DNA of 64,000 nucleotides from an uncultured Collinsella sp. (GCA_902491935.1 CABUJN010000003.1:1245-65244); one strand, 5' to 3'. Shown: positions 35,009 through 46,155, numbered from the stretch's first letter. Program-made: numbers and translations. Notes: generated by a model not told the origin, from the letters alone.

Positions 35009-38000
35009 ATGGATCTTTCGACTTTGATGCCGCAACAGCTGCAGATCGTCAAAACGCTCGACCGTCCGCTGTTTGTCTCGGCGGGCGCCGGTTCGGGCAA
35101 GACCTTTACCCTCACGCGCCGCATCGTCTACGCACTCTCTCCCGAATCCGGTCCGTTCGTTGAGCATCTGGACCAGGTGCTCGCTATTACCTTTACCAAA
35201 GATGCCGCGGCCGAGATTCGTGACCGCGTGCGCCGCGCGCTCATCGACGAGGGCATGGACGAGGAAGCACTGACCGTCGACGACGCGTGGATCTCGACCA
35301 TTCACGGCATGTGCTCGCGTATCCTGCGCGCGCACGCGCTGGAGCTGGGCATCGATCCCGAGTTCACAGTGCTCACCGATACCGACGAGCTCATGGATCA
35401 GGCTGTCGAGCATGTGCTGGGTCGCGCAACGGCGCCCGATGCCGCCCCCGAGCTCGCGGCATCGCTCAAGGCCCTCTACGCCTGGTATCCCATGGCGGGC
35501 GAGGGCGGTTCCTTTGGCGCCGGTACGACCATCAAGGGTCTGGTGCGCGACCTGCTGGAGCTGTCGAGTCAGTTGCCGGGCGGTATGGACGACGTGCGCG
35601 TGGCGCGCGGCCAGGCCGATACCTCTGCACTCGCCGATGCCTATCGCGCGGCGCTGGGCGCAAGCAAGGCCGCGACCGAGAAGGCGCAGGTGGCGCTCGA
35701 TGCCATCGACGCGTTCGAGGCGAGCGGCAAGACCATGGTCGATGCGGCGCGACTCATGATGTCGTGCACCATGCCGCGCGCGAGCAAGGCATTCCCCAAG
35801 GAGCAGGTCGAGCTGCTCAAGGCCGAGGCCGCCGATGCGTTTATCAATATCGTGCTTGCCTGCGGTGGCCCGGCGCTCGATGCGCTGGTGGGTCTGGCCC
35901 GTTCCGTCGAGGCCGAGTATCGCGCATTGAAGGCTGCCCAGTCCGCCCTCGATAATAACGACCTGCTGCGTATGGCCTACGAGGCCCTGCGCGATTACCC
36001 TGCCATCCGTGCTGCGTACGAGGGCCGCTTTAAGATGGTCATGATCGACGAGTTCCAGGACACCGACCAGATGCAGGTCGATTTGATTCGCTATCTGACG
36101 GGCGCGGGGGAGCGCGCGTTGTGCACCGTGGGCGATGCGCAGCAGTCGATCTACCGCTTCCGTGGCGCCGAGGTCGAGGTGTTCCGTCGTCAGGAGCGCA
36201 AGGTGGGCTCGTCTGCCGCGCCCGAGGCGACTGCCGTGGCCGATGCCCCTGCCGGCGAGCTCGTCAAACTCGTGCGCAACTTCCGCAGCCATGACGAGGT
36301 GCTGCGTTACGTGGCACGCGTCTTCGACGGCGATGACGGCGGCCTGATGCAGGGCTTTTTGGATCTTGAGGCGAGCGACGGCCGCAAGGACACGCTGGTG
36401 GCAGACGCTTCGCGTCGCCAGGCCCTCTTTGTTGCCGGCGGCAGTACGCAGGAGCGCACGCAGGCCAAGGCCCGCGCGATCGCCGAGCGATTCCGCGCGC
36501 TTGCCGATGCCGGCCAGCCCCAGGGCGGCATGGTACTGCTACTGGGCCGCATGACCAACGCCGACGTCTACGCCCAGGCCTTCCGCGATCAGGGGCTCGA
36601 CTGCGTGATCGCAGGCGGCTCGGTCTTTGCCCAGGCAGCCGAGGTGCAGACGGTGCGTGCCCTGGTCTGCGCGCTCGCCAATCCGGCCGATACGGCGCAG
36701 GGCCTTATGCCACTGCTCGCCTCGCCGATGTTTGCGCTCGGTGCCCAGGAGTTCCTGGCGCTGGCGACCAAGCTCGATAGCGAGACAGGGGAGACCTCGC
36801 GCCGGAATATCGACATGGGCATCATGAGCGATTTCGACGTGCCGGGTTTGCAAGACTTGCCGCTTGTGACGCGCGCCCGCGAGGTGCTGCGGTATGCGCT
36901 TCGTCGCGTGGGCCGCGATTCGTTCGCCGCCATCGCGCGCGACGTGGTCAACGCCTCCGGCTGGTTTGTGCGTCTGGGACAGCGCGGTCCCGAGGGCAAG
37001 GCCATTGCCGCCAACGTGCTCAAGGCGCTCGACGCCGTGGCTGAGGCTGAGGCCGAGTTCGGCAACTCGCCGCGTTCCATCGCGCTGGCCTTCGACCGCT
37101 TCTTGGCGGGCAAGGAAGCCCCGGGTGCCCTCAACGAGGAAGGCGACGGCGCGGTGCGCATCATGACGGTGCATGCCTCCAAGGGTCTGGAATATCCGGT
37201 CGTGGCGGTTGCCGAGTGCTTTGGCGTGCGTAAGTCCTCGGGTGCGGCACAGATGGGCCGCGTCGAGGGCGGAGCACAGGTCGTGGCACTGCCGGCACGC
37301 TTCGACGGCGTTAAGCTCGCCGACGGTACCTTTGTGAAGGGCGACGACGTCAAAAAGCAGTTTGAGCATGCGTTTAAGGGCAAGGGCACGTCGCTGTGGT
37401 TGCCGCCGGAGCTCATGGAGGATGTCTGCGCGACGGGTTCTCCCGCCGAGGCATTCGTTCGCCTGCGCAACGACGACCTGCAGCTTTCGCTCGAGGAGCG
37501 GGCTCGTCTGCTCTATGTCGCCATGACGCGTGCGCGCGAGCTGGTGATCTTGGCGATGGATACCGGCGTGAGCCGTGGCAAGGTGACGGCGCCGACCTTC
37601 GATGTCGAGACGGATCTGACCTACGACGTGCTGCGCCGCATCCTGCCGACCGACAGTCTGGACATGCCGCAGCTCGATAGCGACCGTTTGGTGTTCGACA
37701 ACTCCAAACCGGGCGACTACGAGCTCATTTCGCTCGCGGGCTTTACCTTTGGCGAGCAGGCGTTTGAGGCCAACGCTTCGTTGGATGCCGAAGGCAGGCT
37801 TGTTCGTGGCGATGCCGATACAGATGCTGCCGACGATTCGGCCAGTACAATCGTCCCCGGTCCTGCCGACCCCAAGCCCGATTCGTTTGAGCTTGTGTAT
37901 CCCCGGGCAGTGGGCGTGCGCATGGGCATCTGTCCGTTTCCGGTGCGTGACTCGTATAGCTACTCGTCAATCGCCGCGGCGCTCCATGCCGAGACAGAAG

Positions 38001-38641
38001 ACCGTGCCGCCGAGGCGCGTGTGCCCATGGACGAGTCCGGTGATGATGCGGAGTCGGATGGTTCCGAGATGACGGATGCAGACGTGGCCGCTGTTGAGCC
38101 CGCCGGCAACCCTATGGCGCTGGGCTCGGCGTTCCATGCCGCCTGCCAGTGGCTGATCGAGATGGGTTCCGATGCACTGCCCGCTGAGCGTGCCGATGCG
38201 CTGGCGCGCCTGTGGCGCCTGACGCCGGAGCAGCGCGAACGCTTCGACGTTGCCCTGGACCGCTGGCTCGAGTCGGCTGTTCGTGCCGACCTGCTCGCGT
38301 GGCCGTGCGTTCGTGCCGAAGTGCCGTTCTTCTCGCTGGGCTGCGAGGACGAGGACATCGCCCGCTACGGTGCATATGCCGAAGGCGCCATCGACGCTTT
38401 GGCGACCGACCCGGCCGATCCGTCACGCGCACTGGTCATCGATTACAAGACGGGTGGCACGTCGGATGAGACGCCGGACCAGCTGCTCGAGAAGCACGCC
38501 CTGCAGGCGCGCGTCTACGCCGACGTGTTGCACAAGGCGGGCTTTGAGACGGTGACGGTCAAGTTCGTTCGCGTGGAGCAGGCGAATCCAGCCATCTTCG
38601 TCGAACCCGCCGAACCTCAAGTAGTCACCTACAATCTCTAG
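35009..38641 (+). CDS. addA: AddA-like UvrD-family helicase / RecB-type nuclease subunit
   Basis: Motifs are GAGSGKTFTL, DEFQDTD and TVHASKGLE. The C-terminal nuclease block is GAIDAL ... VIDYKTG. Confidence 0.88.
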   Translation: MDLSTLMPQQLQIVKTLDRPLFVSAGAGSGKTFTLTRRIVYALSPESGPFVEHLDQVLAITFTKDAAAEIRDRVRRALIDEGMDEEALTVDDAWISTIHGMCSRILRAHALELGIDPEFTVLTDTDELMDQAVEHVLGRATAPDAAPELAASLKALYAWYPMAGEGGSFGAGTTIKGLVRDLLELSSQLPGGMDDVRVARGQADTSALADAYRAALGASKAATEKAQVALDAIDAFEASGKTMVDAARLMMSCTMPRASKAFPKEQVELLKAEAADAFINIVLACGGPALDALVGLARSVEAEYRALKAAQSALDNNDLLRMAYEALRDYPAIRAAYEGRFKMVMIDEFQDTDQMQVDLIRYLTGAGERALCTVGDAQQSIYRFRGAEVEVFRRQERKVGSSAAPEATAVADAPAGELVKLVRNFRSHDEVLRYVARVFDGDDGGLMQGFLDLEASDGRKDTLVADASRRQALFVAGGSTQERTQAKARAIAERFRALADAGQPQGGMVLLLGRMTNADVYAQAFRDQGLDCVIAGGSVFAQAAEVQTVRALVCALANPADTAQGLMPLLASPMFALGAQEFLALATKLDSETGETSRRNIDMGIMSDFDVPGLQDLPLVTRAREVLRYALRRVGRDSFAAIARDVVNASGWFVRLGQRGPEGKAIAANVLKALDAVAEAEAEFGNSPRSIALAFDRFLAGKEAPGALNEEGDGAVRIMTVHASKGLEYPVVAVAECFGVRKSSGAAQMGRVEGGAQVVALPARFDGVKLADGTFVKGDDVKKQFEHAFKGKGTSLWLPPELMEDVCATGSPAEAFVRLRNDDLQLSLEERARLLYVAMTRARELVILAMDTGVSRGKVTAPTFDVETDLTYDVLRRILPTDSLDMPQLDSDRLVFDNSKPGDYELISLAGFTFGEQAFEANASLDAEGRLVRGDADTDAADDSASTIVPGPADPKPDSFELVYPRAVGVRMGICPFPVRDSYSYSSIAAALHAETEDRAAEARVPMDESGDDAESDGSEMTDADVAAVEPAGNPMALGSAFHAACQWLIEMGSDALPAERADALARLWRLTPEQRERFDVALDRWLESAVRADLLAWPCVRAEVPFFSLGCEDEDIARYGAYAEGAIDALATDPADPSRALVIDYKTGGTSDETPDQLLEKHALQARVYADVLHKAGFETVTVKFVRVEQANPAIFVEPAEPQVVTYNL

Positions 38642-38653
38642 CCCTCAGATAAC

Positions 38654-38716
38654 TTGCGGTGGAATACGGACTGTTTTGGCCAGAAAATCCGCCAATCAGT
38701 CCGTATTTCACCGCAA
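38654..38716. repeat. Long hairpin (20-bp arms, one mismatch, 23-nt loop) in the addA-dnaE spacer
   Basis: The arms are TTGCGGTGGAATACGGACTG and CAGTCCGTATTTCACCGCAA. Confidence 0.8.
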
Positions 38717-38858
38717 CTGAGAGAGGGGAGGGGTGGGTAGTGCTGCCTGATCGTTCTGATCGCTAAAACCCGTGTTGGTTTGGCTAGGTTCGGGTGCTGT
38801 CCGTGCCGTGGGGTAAAATCGTTCAGTCAGAACACGAACCCGCATCGGAGCTCATCAC

Positions 38859-41800
38859 ATGGCATTCGTCCATCTGCACAACCACACTGTCTTTTCCATG
38901 CTCGACGGCGCAACCCGTATCCAGGATATGGTCAACCGTGCCGTTGAGCTGGGCATGCCCGCCGTGGCCATTACCGACCACGGCTACATGTATGGCGTGC
39001 CCGACCTGGCGCTGGCCTGCGACGCCGTCAACCACAACACGCCCGAGTACAAAACCTGGAGCCACGACAAGGCCTTCCTGGAAAAGGACCGCCGCGACGA
39101 GCTGGTGGAGCCCGATCCCGAGGAAAACCCGCGCGAGCATGCCCAGTATGTGAAGGACATGGCCATGTGGGACGAGAAGGGCAACATCGACGAGCTCAAG
39201 CCGCCCCTGGTCATCAAGCCCATCTTTGGCTGCGAGGTCTACTTTACGCCGGACGAGACCCTTGCTCGCGACCACAAGCCCGAGCTCTACCACATGATCC
39301 TTCTGGCCAAGGACCAGGAGGGCTACGTCAACCTGATGCAGACGGTTTCCGAGGCCGCCGTGCAGGGCTTTTACTACAAGCCGCGCGTGACGCTCGACAA
39401 CCTGCGCCGCCACGCCAAGGGCATGATCTGCACGAGCGCCTGCATCGCGGGCATCATCCCCAAGTACATCGACCGCGGTGACATGGAGGGCGCCATCAAG
39501 TGGGCCGAGACCTTCCGTGACACCTTCGAGCCCGGCGACTTCTACATCGAGATCCAGGAACACGGCATCACCACCGACAACGGCCTGACCGACGAGCAGA
39601 TGGACCGCACGCTCATCGACATCGCCAAGCAGGTGGGCGTCAAGGTCATCGCCACCAACGACTTCCACTACCTGCGCCGCGAGGACGCGCCCGTGCAGGA
39701 CGTCATCATGTGCATTGGCATGAACGCCAAGGTCGACGACCCTAACCGCATGCGCATGACCGGCTCGGAGTTTTACATGAAGACCGAGGAGGAGATGCGG
39801 GCGATGTTCCCGTATTGCCCCGAGGCTTGCGACAACACGCTCGAGATCGCCGACAAGTGCTACGTTGAGCTGGACTGGGACTCCATCATCCTGCCGCGCT
39901 TCCCGTTGCTCGATCCCGGCGAGACGCACGAGAGCCAGTTCCGCCGCGAGTGCGAGAAGGGCCTGCGCCAGCACTACGGTGACGACTGGGCCACGCGCGA
40001 GATCGGCGGCGTCAACATCAAAGAGCGCTTTGAGTACGAATACAAGGTCATCTGCGACAAGGGCTTTGCCGCCTACTTTTTGATCGTTGCCGAGTACGTG
40101 CAATGGGCCAAGGACAACGGCATCGGCGTCGGCCCCGGCCGTGGCTCGGCCGCCGGCGCTATCGTCGCCTACGCCATGAACATCACCGCGTTCGACCCGC
40201 TCGAGAACGGCCTGATGTTCGAGAGGTTCCTGTCCCCGCAGCGTACCGAGATGCCCGATATCGATATGGACTTCGACGATGAGCGGCGCCTCGAGGTCGT
40301 GGAGCACGTTCGCCAGCTCTACGGCCCCGAGAAGGTTACCCACGTCATCACCTACTCGACCATTAAGGCCAAGCAGGCCATCAACGACGCCGCGCGCGTC
40401 CTGGACTACCCGGTCTACATGGGCCAGCGCCTGTCCAAGATGGTCTCGAGCGACCCCAAGGTCAAGCTCAAGCAGGTGCTCGAAAAGCAACCCGGCAAAG
40501 AGGATCTGTTTAACCCCGACTTTGCCGAGGCCTATAAAAAGGACGACGACGCCCGCCGCATCATCGACACGGCGCTCTCGATCGAGGGCCTTACCCGTGG
40601 CGAGGGCGTGCACGCGTGCGCCGTTCTGATTTGCCGCGACCCCGTCAACGAGCACGTGCCCACCAAGCTCGATACCAAGGGCGGCGTCGAGATTACCCAG
40701 TACGAGGGCCATACCGTTGCCGACATGGGCCTGCTCAAGATGGACTTCCTGGGTCTGCGTACGCTGACGGTTATCTCCAAGGCCAAGGCCAACATCAAAA
40801 AGAACTTCGGCATCGACATCAAAGAGGAAGAGATTCCCTTTGACGACCCCGAGATCTTTAAGCTCATGGGCTCCGGCCACACCGCCGGCGTCTTCCAGGT
40901 CGAGTCCGCCGGCATGACGGCCACGATCAAGAACATGAAGCCCACCGAGTACAAGCACGTCGTGGCATTGATCGCTCTGTACCGCCCGGGACCGCTGGGC
41001 GCCGGCATGGTTTCGTCCTATATCAACCGTATGAACGGCAAGGAACCGGCTGTCTCCTACGACGACCGTCTGGACGACATCCTGGGCGAAACCTACGGCA
41101 CCATGGTCTATCAGGAGCAGGTTATGCTCATCTCCGTCGAGATGTGCGGCTTCTCCAAGGGCGAATCGGACTCGCGTATCCGTAAGCCCGTGGCTAAGAA
41201 AAAGATCAAGCTGCTCACGTCGACGGTGCTCCACTGGGAGGATGGCTCGGACGAGACCACCTACGACCACTGGATGAACGGCGCTATCAAGAACAACTAC
41301 ACGCGCGAGGTCGCCCAGAAGATTTGGGACGATGTTCTTGAGTTCGCGTCCTACGCCTTTAACAAGTCGCACTCCGCCGGCTACGCCATCCTGGTTATGC
41401 AGACGGCGTGGCTCAAGGCGCACTATCCGCACGAGTACATGGCGGCCGTTCTGACGTCCTATACGGGCAAGACCGACAAGATCGTTCACTACGTCTCGGC
41501 GTGCCGTCACGACGGCATCCCCGTGCTGTCGCCAGATGTCAACGAGTCCGGTACTGAGTTCACGGCTACCAAGGAGGGCGTGCGCTTTGGTCTGGCCGGC
41601 ATCCGCGGCGTGGGCACCGGCGTGGCGCAGGCGATTATCGCCGAGCGCGAGGCGGGCGGTCCGTTTAAGACGCTGCACGACTTTGTCGAGCGCGTGGACT
41701 CGAGCCAGGCCAACCGCCGTGTGATCGAATCGCTCATCAAGGCAGGCGCCTTCGACTCCACGGGGTATCCGCGTCGCCAGATGATGCACTTTGTGGATAA

Positions 41801-42662
41801 GAACAACCCCGAGAACATCATCGATGCCGCGGTGAAGCGCCAGAAGGATCGTGCGAGCGGCCAGACGTCGTTCTTCGACATGTTTGGTGATGTTGAGGGC
41901 TCGGGCTTTGAGGTGAGCGTGCCCGATCCGGATGGCCAGGAGTGGGACCGCCACCTTAAGTTGAGCCAGGAGAAGGAGGTTCTGGGCATCTATGTCTCGG
42001 ACCACCCGCTGCGCCCGTTTGAGTATGCGCTGGCCAAGGCACGCGACTTCTCGTTCTCGCAGATCGACACTGGCTACGAAGTTCAGAATCCTACGGGCGG
42101 TACCATCAACCAGGAGATTCCCGAGGGCAAGGCGCTGTGGTGGGCCGGCATGGTCTCGAGCGTGTCCAAGCGCGTGACCAAAAACGGCGACCCCATGGGC
42201 ATCGTGCAGCTCGAAGACATGGAAGGCGAGGCCACGGTCGTGGTGTTCCCCAAGACCTACAAGGAGGCCGAGGGGTATCTGTATGGCGAGGTCGATCCCG
42301 AGACCGGCGCGCAGCTGTCCGACGCGTTTGTGCGCATTAAGGGCAAGCTCGAGCGCTCGGACCGCGGCGACCAGATCATCGCGCAGGAGATTGTGCCGCT
42401 GGAGCTTAGCGAGGAGAAAAACAAGCCCAAGGTCTTTGAGGTCATGGTGCCCAACAGCCGATTTAGCCAGGGCAATATGGCGCGCCTGGCCACGGTGCTC
42501 ACCACCAACCCGGGCGGCGACCGCGTGGAGATCTTTATTGAGCAAGTCGACGGGCGCGTGCTGCGTGCTGAGGTGCCGGCCAAGGTCAATGCACGCTCGA
42601 TTCCGCTGCTGGCAGAGGCAAAGGCCATCGTCGGCAACCAAGGCCGCGTGACGGTTATCTAA
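38859..42662 (+). CDS. dnaE: DNA polymerase III alpha subunit
   Basis: The PHP domain reads FVHLHNHTVFSMLDG. The protein is 1267 aa with DnaE-typical blocks throughout. Confidence 0.97.
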   Translation: MAFVHLHNHTVFSMLDGATRIQDMVNRAVELGMPAVAITDHGYMYGVPDLALACDAVNHNTPEYKTWSHDKAFLEKDRRDELVEPDPEENPREHAQYVKDMAMWDEKGNIDELKPPLVIKPIFGCEVYFTPDETLARDHKPELYHMILLAKDQEGYVNLMQTVSEAAVQGFYYKPRVTLDNLRRHAKGMICTSACIAGIIPKYIDRGDMEGAIKWAETFRDTFEPGDFYIEIQEHGITTDNGLTDEQMDRTLIDIAKQVGVKVIATNDFHYLRREDAPVQDVIMCIGMNAKVDDPNRMRMTGSEFYMKTEEEMRAMFPYCPEACDNTLEIADKCYVELDWDSIILPRFPLLDPGETHESQFRRECEKGLRQHYGDDWATREIGGVNIKERFEYEYKVICDKGFAAYFLIVAEYVQWAKDNGIGVGPGRGSAAGAIVAYAMNITAFDPLENGLMFERFLSPQRTEMPDIDMDFDDERRLEVVEHVRQLYGPEKVTHVITYSTIKAKQAINDAARVLDYPVYMGQRLSKMVSSDPKVKLKQVLEKQPGKEDLFNPDFAEAYKKDDDARRIIDTALSIEGLTRGEGVHACAVLICRDPVNEHVPTKLDTKGGVEITQYEGHTVADMGLLKMDFLGLRTLTVISKAKANIKKNFGIDIKEEEIPFDDPEIFKLMGSGHTAGVFQVESAGMTATIKNMKPTEYKHVVALIALYRPGPLGAGMVSSYINRMNGKEPAVSYDDRLDDILGETYGTMVYQEQVMLISVEMCGFSKGESDSRIRKPVAKKKIKLLTSTVLHWEDGSDETTYDHWMNGAIKNNYTREVAQKIWDDVLEFASYAFNKSHSAGYAILVMQTAWLKAHYPHEYMAAVLTSYTGKTDKIVHYVSACRHDGIPVLSPDVNESGTEFTATKEGVRFGLAGIRGVGTGVAQAIIAEREAGGPFKTLHDFVERVDSSQANRRVIESLIKAGAFDSTGYPRRQMMHFVDKNNPENIIDAAVKRQKDRASGQTSFFDMFGDVEGSGFEVSVPDPDGQEWDRHLKLSQEKEVLGIYVSDHPLRPFEYALAKARDFSFSQIDTGYEVQNPTGGTINQEIPEGKALWWAGMVSSVSKRVTKNGDPMGIVQLEDMEGEATVVVFPKTYKEAEGYLYGEVDPETGAQLSDAFVRIKGKLERSDRGDQIIAQEIVPLELSEEKNKPKVFEVMVPNSRFSQGNMARLATVLTTNPGGDRVEIFIEQVDGRVLRAEVPAKVNARSIPLLAEAKAIVGNQGRVTVI

Positions 42663-42690
42663 GCTACCCCGGGTGAGATTGGAGGAAGTG

Positions 42691-45600
42691 ATGGCGCAGG
42701 GGACGTTTGTGCAGGCGCTCCGGAAAGAGGCGGCGCTGAGTGGCACCTTTATGAAGGGGCGTTCGCTCATGCTCAACGGCGCCGTGCTGTCGATCGAGGA
42801 CAGCGGCTCGCGCTTCTCCAAAAACGTGACGGTTGAGGGCTCGGTGCGCGGTTCGCGTGGCGACCTGTACAAGACGCACGTGGCGCTCGACATGGACGAG
42901 CACGAGGTGATCGACTACGACTGCGATTGCCCCGCTGCCTATCGCTACCCCGGCATGTGCAAGCACGCTATTGCCACGGCTCTGGCGTATTTGGATGCCA
43001 GCGGCGCCGAGCCCGTCGAAGGTTTGCGCACGCCGGTCCGCACGTTTGCGGCGCAGCCGAAACAGCCCGCGCGCAACGCGCCCAAAGCGCCGGCCGTCAA
43101 TCCCAACTTTCCCTTTCCGGCGCCCGTCCCCACGAGTCCCAGCCTCATGGCGGCGCTCTCCGATCTTTCGGACGCGCGCATGGATGAGCTGGCGAGCATG
43201 CGCCGCAAGCTCGCCGGCAGTGTGGATCCCGATGCCCCCAAGGCGGTGTTGGAGCCCTCGCTGGTGCCGTATTACAATCCACTGTTTGCCGAGCGCTTTA
43301 GCTGGGCGCTCGAGCTTCGCATTCGCTGTGGATCGGTCTCCTACGTGGTCAAGGACATCGACGGCATGGCCGATGCCTACGTGCGCGGCGGCACCTTCTC
43401 GTACGGCAAGAAGCTCACGTTTGTCCATACGCCCGAAGCCTTCGAAGACGTGTCGACAAAGCTGCTCAACCTTGTCGTGACGACAGTTGCCTATCTCGAT
43501 GACATCACAAGCTCGCGTTCGGCGTCGTACGACTTTGCCCGCAGCGGTTTTGTCGCCGAGCGTCAGTTGCCGCTGTCCGAGCATAGCATCGTATATGTGC
43601 TGGACCTGTTGCGCGGCCAGACCATCTCTTTTGAGCCCGCCTGGTCGCGGGGGACGACGATGCATCGCACCTATGACGTGGCGGTTGAGATGCCTCCGGA
43701 AGGGGAGGACGAGGCGCTGTCTGAGCGCCCACCGCTCCTTGCCGCCAAAATCGCGCCGGCGGCTGGTGGCAGCTACGATCTACGCCTGCCGGCCGATGCA
43801 TACTGCTTTGCTTCGGGCGACGTTGCCTATCTGGTCGACACCCGCCGTGCGCGCCGCGCCGATGTAGCGTTTGCCCAGCATGCGGCGCCGTTCCTATCGC
43901 GCTTACTGCCCTGTCGCACGCCGATCCATATCGCTGTCGACCAGGTGGGGGAGTTCTGTCGTATGGCGCTGCCCATTTTGCGCGACTATACCGACCTTAC
44001 CGCGCCCGCCGCGCTCGATACCGTGGCGCCCGAGCCGAGCTTTGCTATGGCGATCGGCGTCGACGATGGGCTTGTGACCTGCAAAATTACGGTTGCCTAC
44101 GGCGACTGGTCGGCAGATCTCTTTAGCCTGGGCGCTCCGGGCAGCCCCTTCGAAGAGCAACGCCCCGGCGTGCCGCCCCGCGACGAGGTGGCAGAGTTTC
44201 GTGTTATGGACACGGCGGCCCTGTACTTCGATTTCTACGAGGGCGGTCTGGCGTTTGAGGAGCGCGATGACGAGAGCTTGTTCTGCCTGCTGACCGAGGG
44301 CCTGTCCGCCCTGTCCGAGCTGGGTGAGGTCATGCTCAGCGACCGTCTGCGCCAGATTTCGGTGCGACCCGCGCCCAAGCTCTCGGTTCGTGCGACCGTC
44401 AAGAGCAATCTGCTCGACGTCGAACTGGGCGCGAGCGGCCTTTCGGCGTCAGACCTTGCCATCTACCTCGACTCCTACAAGCGTCACCAGACGTTTGCGC
44501 GCCTTACGTCCGGCGACATCATTCGTTTGGACGAGGGTGCCCGAGCCGCGTTTGGCCTTGCCGAGGATCTGGGGGTCGATGCTGTTGACCTGCTCGACGG
44601 CGTGTCGCTTCCCGCGTCGAGCACCCTGTTCGTCGATAGCATGCTCGCGCGCACGCCCGCGCTCGAGGCCGATCGCGACGCTGCGTTCCGCCGTACCGTC
44701 GAGCGTCTGGACACGCTCGGCAAGATGGACTTTACGGTGCCGGCATCGCTCAAGGCAACGATGCGCGGCTACCAGGTCGACGGATACCAGTGGCTCGGCT
44801 CGCTCGAACACCTGGGCCTTGGCGGCATCTTGGCCGACGACATGGGCCTGGGCAAAACGCTGCAGATGATCGCGCATATCCTGGCGCGCGTGGAAGCGGG
44901 GGACATTAAGCCCACGCTTGTGGTGTGCCCTGCGTCGCTCGTGTACAACTGGACTGCCGAGCTGGAGCGCTTCGCCCCGTCGCTCGATGTGTGCGCCATC
45001 GTGGGCGCCAAGGCCCAGCGTCGCGTGCAAATCGCCGGCGTGGCCGAGCATAACGTGGTCGTGACGTCGTATGACCTTATGCGGCGCGATATCGACGAGT
45101 ACGTCGAGCAGGACTTTGCCCGCGTGGTACTCGATGAGGCCCAGTACATTAAAAACCCGCTCACCCAGGTGGCGCGTGCCACCAAGCGCCTGCCGGCCGG
45201 CGTGCGCTTTGCCCTGACGGGCACGCCCATCGAAAACCGCCTATCCGAGCTCTGGAGCATCTTCGACTTTTTGATGCCGGGCCTACTTGGCACGCGCGAG
45301 TCGTTTGCCAAGCGCTTCGAAAGCCCGGTCGAGCATGCCGAGGGCGACAGTGCCGCTCGCCTGCAAGCGCTCGTGTCGCCGTTTGTGCTGCGCCGTGTCA
45401 AGGAAGACGTGGTGGCCGACCTGCCCGAGAAGATCGAGGATACGGTCATGGCGCAGCTCACCGGCGAGCAGCGCAAGCTCTACCTGGCCAACCAGGACCG
45501 TATCGCCCAACAGGTGCAGCACCGCGAGTCATCCGAGTTTAAGAAAGACAAGCTCAAGGTGCTCGCCGAGCTCACCAAGCTGCGCCAGATCTGCTGCGAC

Positions 45601-46155
45601 CCGCGTCTACACTACGAGGATTACAAGGCGGGGAGCGCCAAGCTCGATACGTGCATGGAGCTCGTGCACGGCGCACTCGACGGCGGACATCGCATCCTAT
45701 TGTTCAGCCAGTTTACGGGTATGCTCGATATTATCGGTAAGCGCTTGGCCAAGGAGGACATCGCCTTCCTTAAGCTCACGGGCGCTTCGTCTAAGGAGAG
45801 CCGCGCCAAGATGGTCGCGCAGTTCCAAGCGGGCGAGGTTCCGGTCTTTTTGATTTCGCTCAAGGCGGGCGGCGTGGGCCTTAACCTGACGGCGGCCGAT
45901 GTGGTCATTCACTACGACCCGTGGTGGAACGTGGCCGCGCAGGACCAGGCGACCGACCGCGCGCATCGTATTGGTCAGCAGCATACCGTGACCGTGTACA
46001 AGCTCATCGCCAAGGACACGATCGAGGAGCGCATTATGCAGATGCAGGAGTCCAAGCGCGACCTGGTCAACAGCGTGCTCGGCGGCGACGGCATCTCGTC
46101 GGCGTTGTTTACCCGCGAAGATGTTCTGGCGCTGCTGGGCGGCGACGGGCGCTAG
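42691..46155 (+). CDS. SWIM zinc-finger / SNF2-family helicase
   Basis: The SWIM motif is CDCPAAYRYPGMCKH. SNF2 motifs are DDMGLGKTLQ, DEAQYIKN and DRAHRIGQ. The ATG at 42691 follows GGAGGA. Confidence 0.92.
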   Translation: MAQGTFVQALRKEAALSGTFMKGRSLMLNGAVLSIEDSGSRFSKNVTVEGSVRGSRGDLYKTHVALDMDEHEVIDYDCDCPAAYRYPGMCKHAIATALAYLDASGAEPVEGLRTPVRTFAAQPKQPARNAPKAPAVNPNFPFPAPVPTSPSLMAALSDLSDARMDELASMRRKLAGSVDPDAPKAVLEPSLVPYYNPLFAERFSWALELRIRCGSVSYVVKDIDGMADAYVRGGTFSYGKKLTFVHTPEAFEDVSTKLLNLVVTTVAYLDDITSSRSASYDFARSGFVAERQLPLSEHSIVYVLDLLRGQTISFEPAWSRGTTMHRTYDVAVEMPPEGEDEALSERPPLLAAKIAPAAGGSYDLRLPADAYCFASGDVAYLVDTRRARRADVAFAQHAAPFLSRLLPCRTPIHIAVDQVGEFCRMALPILRDYTDLTAPAALDTVAPEPSFAMAIGVDDGLVTCKITVAYGDWSADLFSLGAPGSPFEEQRPGVPPRDEVAEFRVMDTAALYFDFYEGGLAFEERDDESLFCLLTEGLSALSELGEVMLSDRLRQISVRPAPKLSVRATVKSNLLDVELGASGLSASDLAIYLDSYKRHQTFARLTSGDIIRLDEGARAAFGLAEDLGVDAVDLLDGVSLPASSTLFVDSMLARTPALEADRDAAFRRTVERLDTLGKMDFTVPASLKATMRGYQVDGYQWLGSLEHLGLGGILADDMGLGKTLQMIAHILARVEAGDIKPTLVVCPASLVYNWTAELERFAPSLDVCAIVGAKAQRRVQIAGVAEHNVVVTSYDLMRRDIDEYVEQDFARVVLDEAQYIKNPLTQVARATKRLPAGVRFALTGTPIENRLSELWSIFDFLMPGLLGTRESFAKRFESPVEHAEGDSAARLQALVSPFVLRRVKEDVVADLPEKIEDTVMAQLTGEQRKLYLANQDRIAQQVQHRESSEFKKDKLKVLAELTKLRQICCDPRLHYEDYKAGSAKLDTCMELVHGALDGGHRILLFSQFTGMLDIIGKRLAKEDIAFLKLTGASSKESRAKMVAQFQAGEVPVFLISLKAGGVGLNLTAADVVIHYDPWWNVAAQDQATDRAHRIGQQHTVTVYKLIAKDTIEERIMQMQESKRDLVNSVLGGDGISSALFTREDVLALLGGDGR

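Noticed and set aside
33335-36292. 985-aa minus-strand ORF across the addB/addA junction
   Set aside because: It is antisense to genes with helicase and nuclease motifs, and its composition is Arg/Ala/Gly/His-rich with no motifs.
38823-42893. 1356-aa minus-strand ORF opposite dnaE
   Set aside because: It is antisense to an unmistakable DnaE and has a low-complexity translation. The same reasoning applies to other long antisense ORFs in the track: 13514-14785, 15361-16602, 16632-17717, 23712-24740, 46564-47466, 47809-48825, 51508-52938 and 62612-63337.
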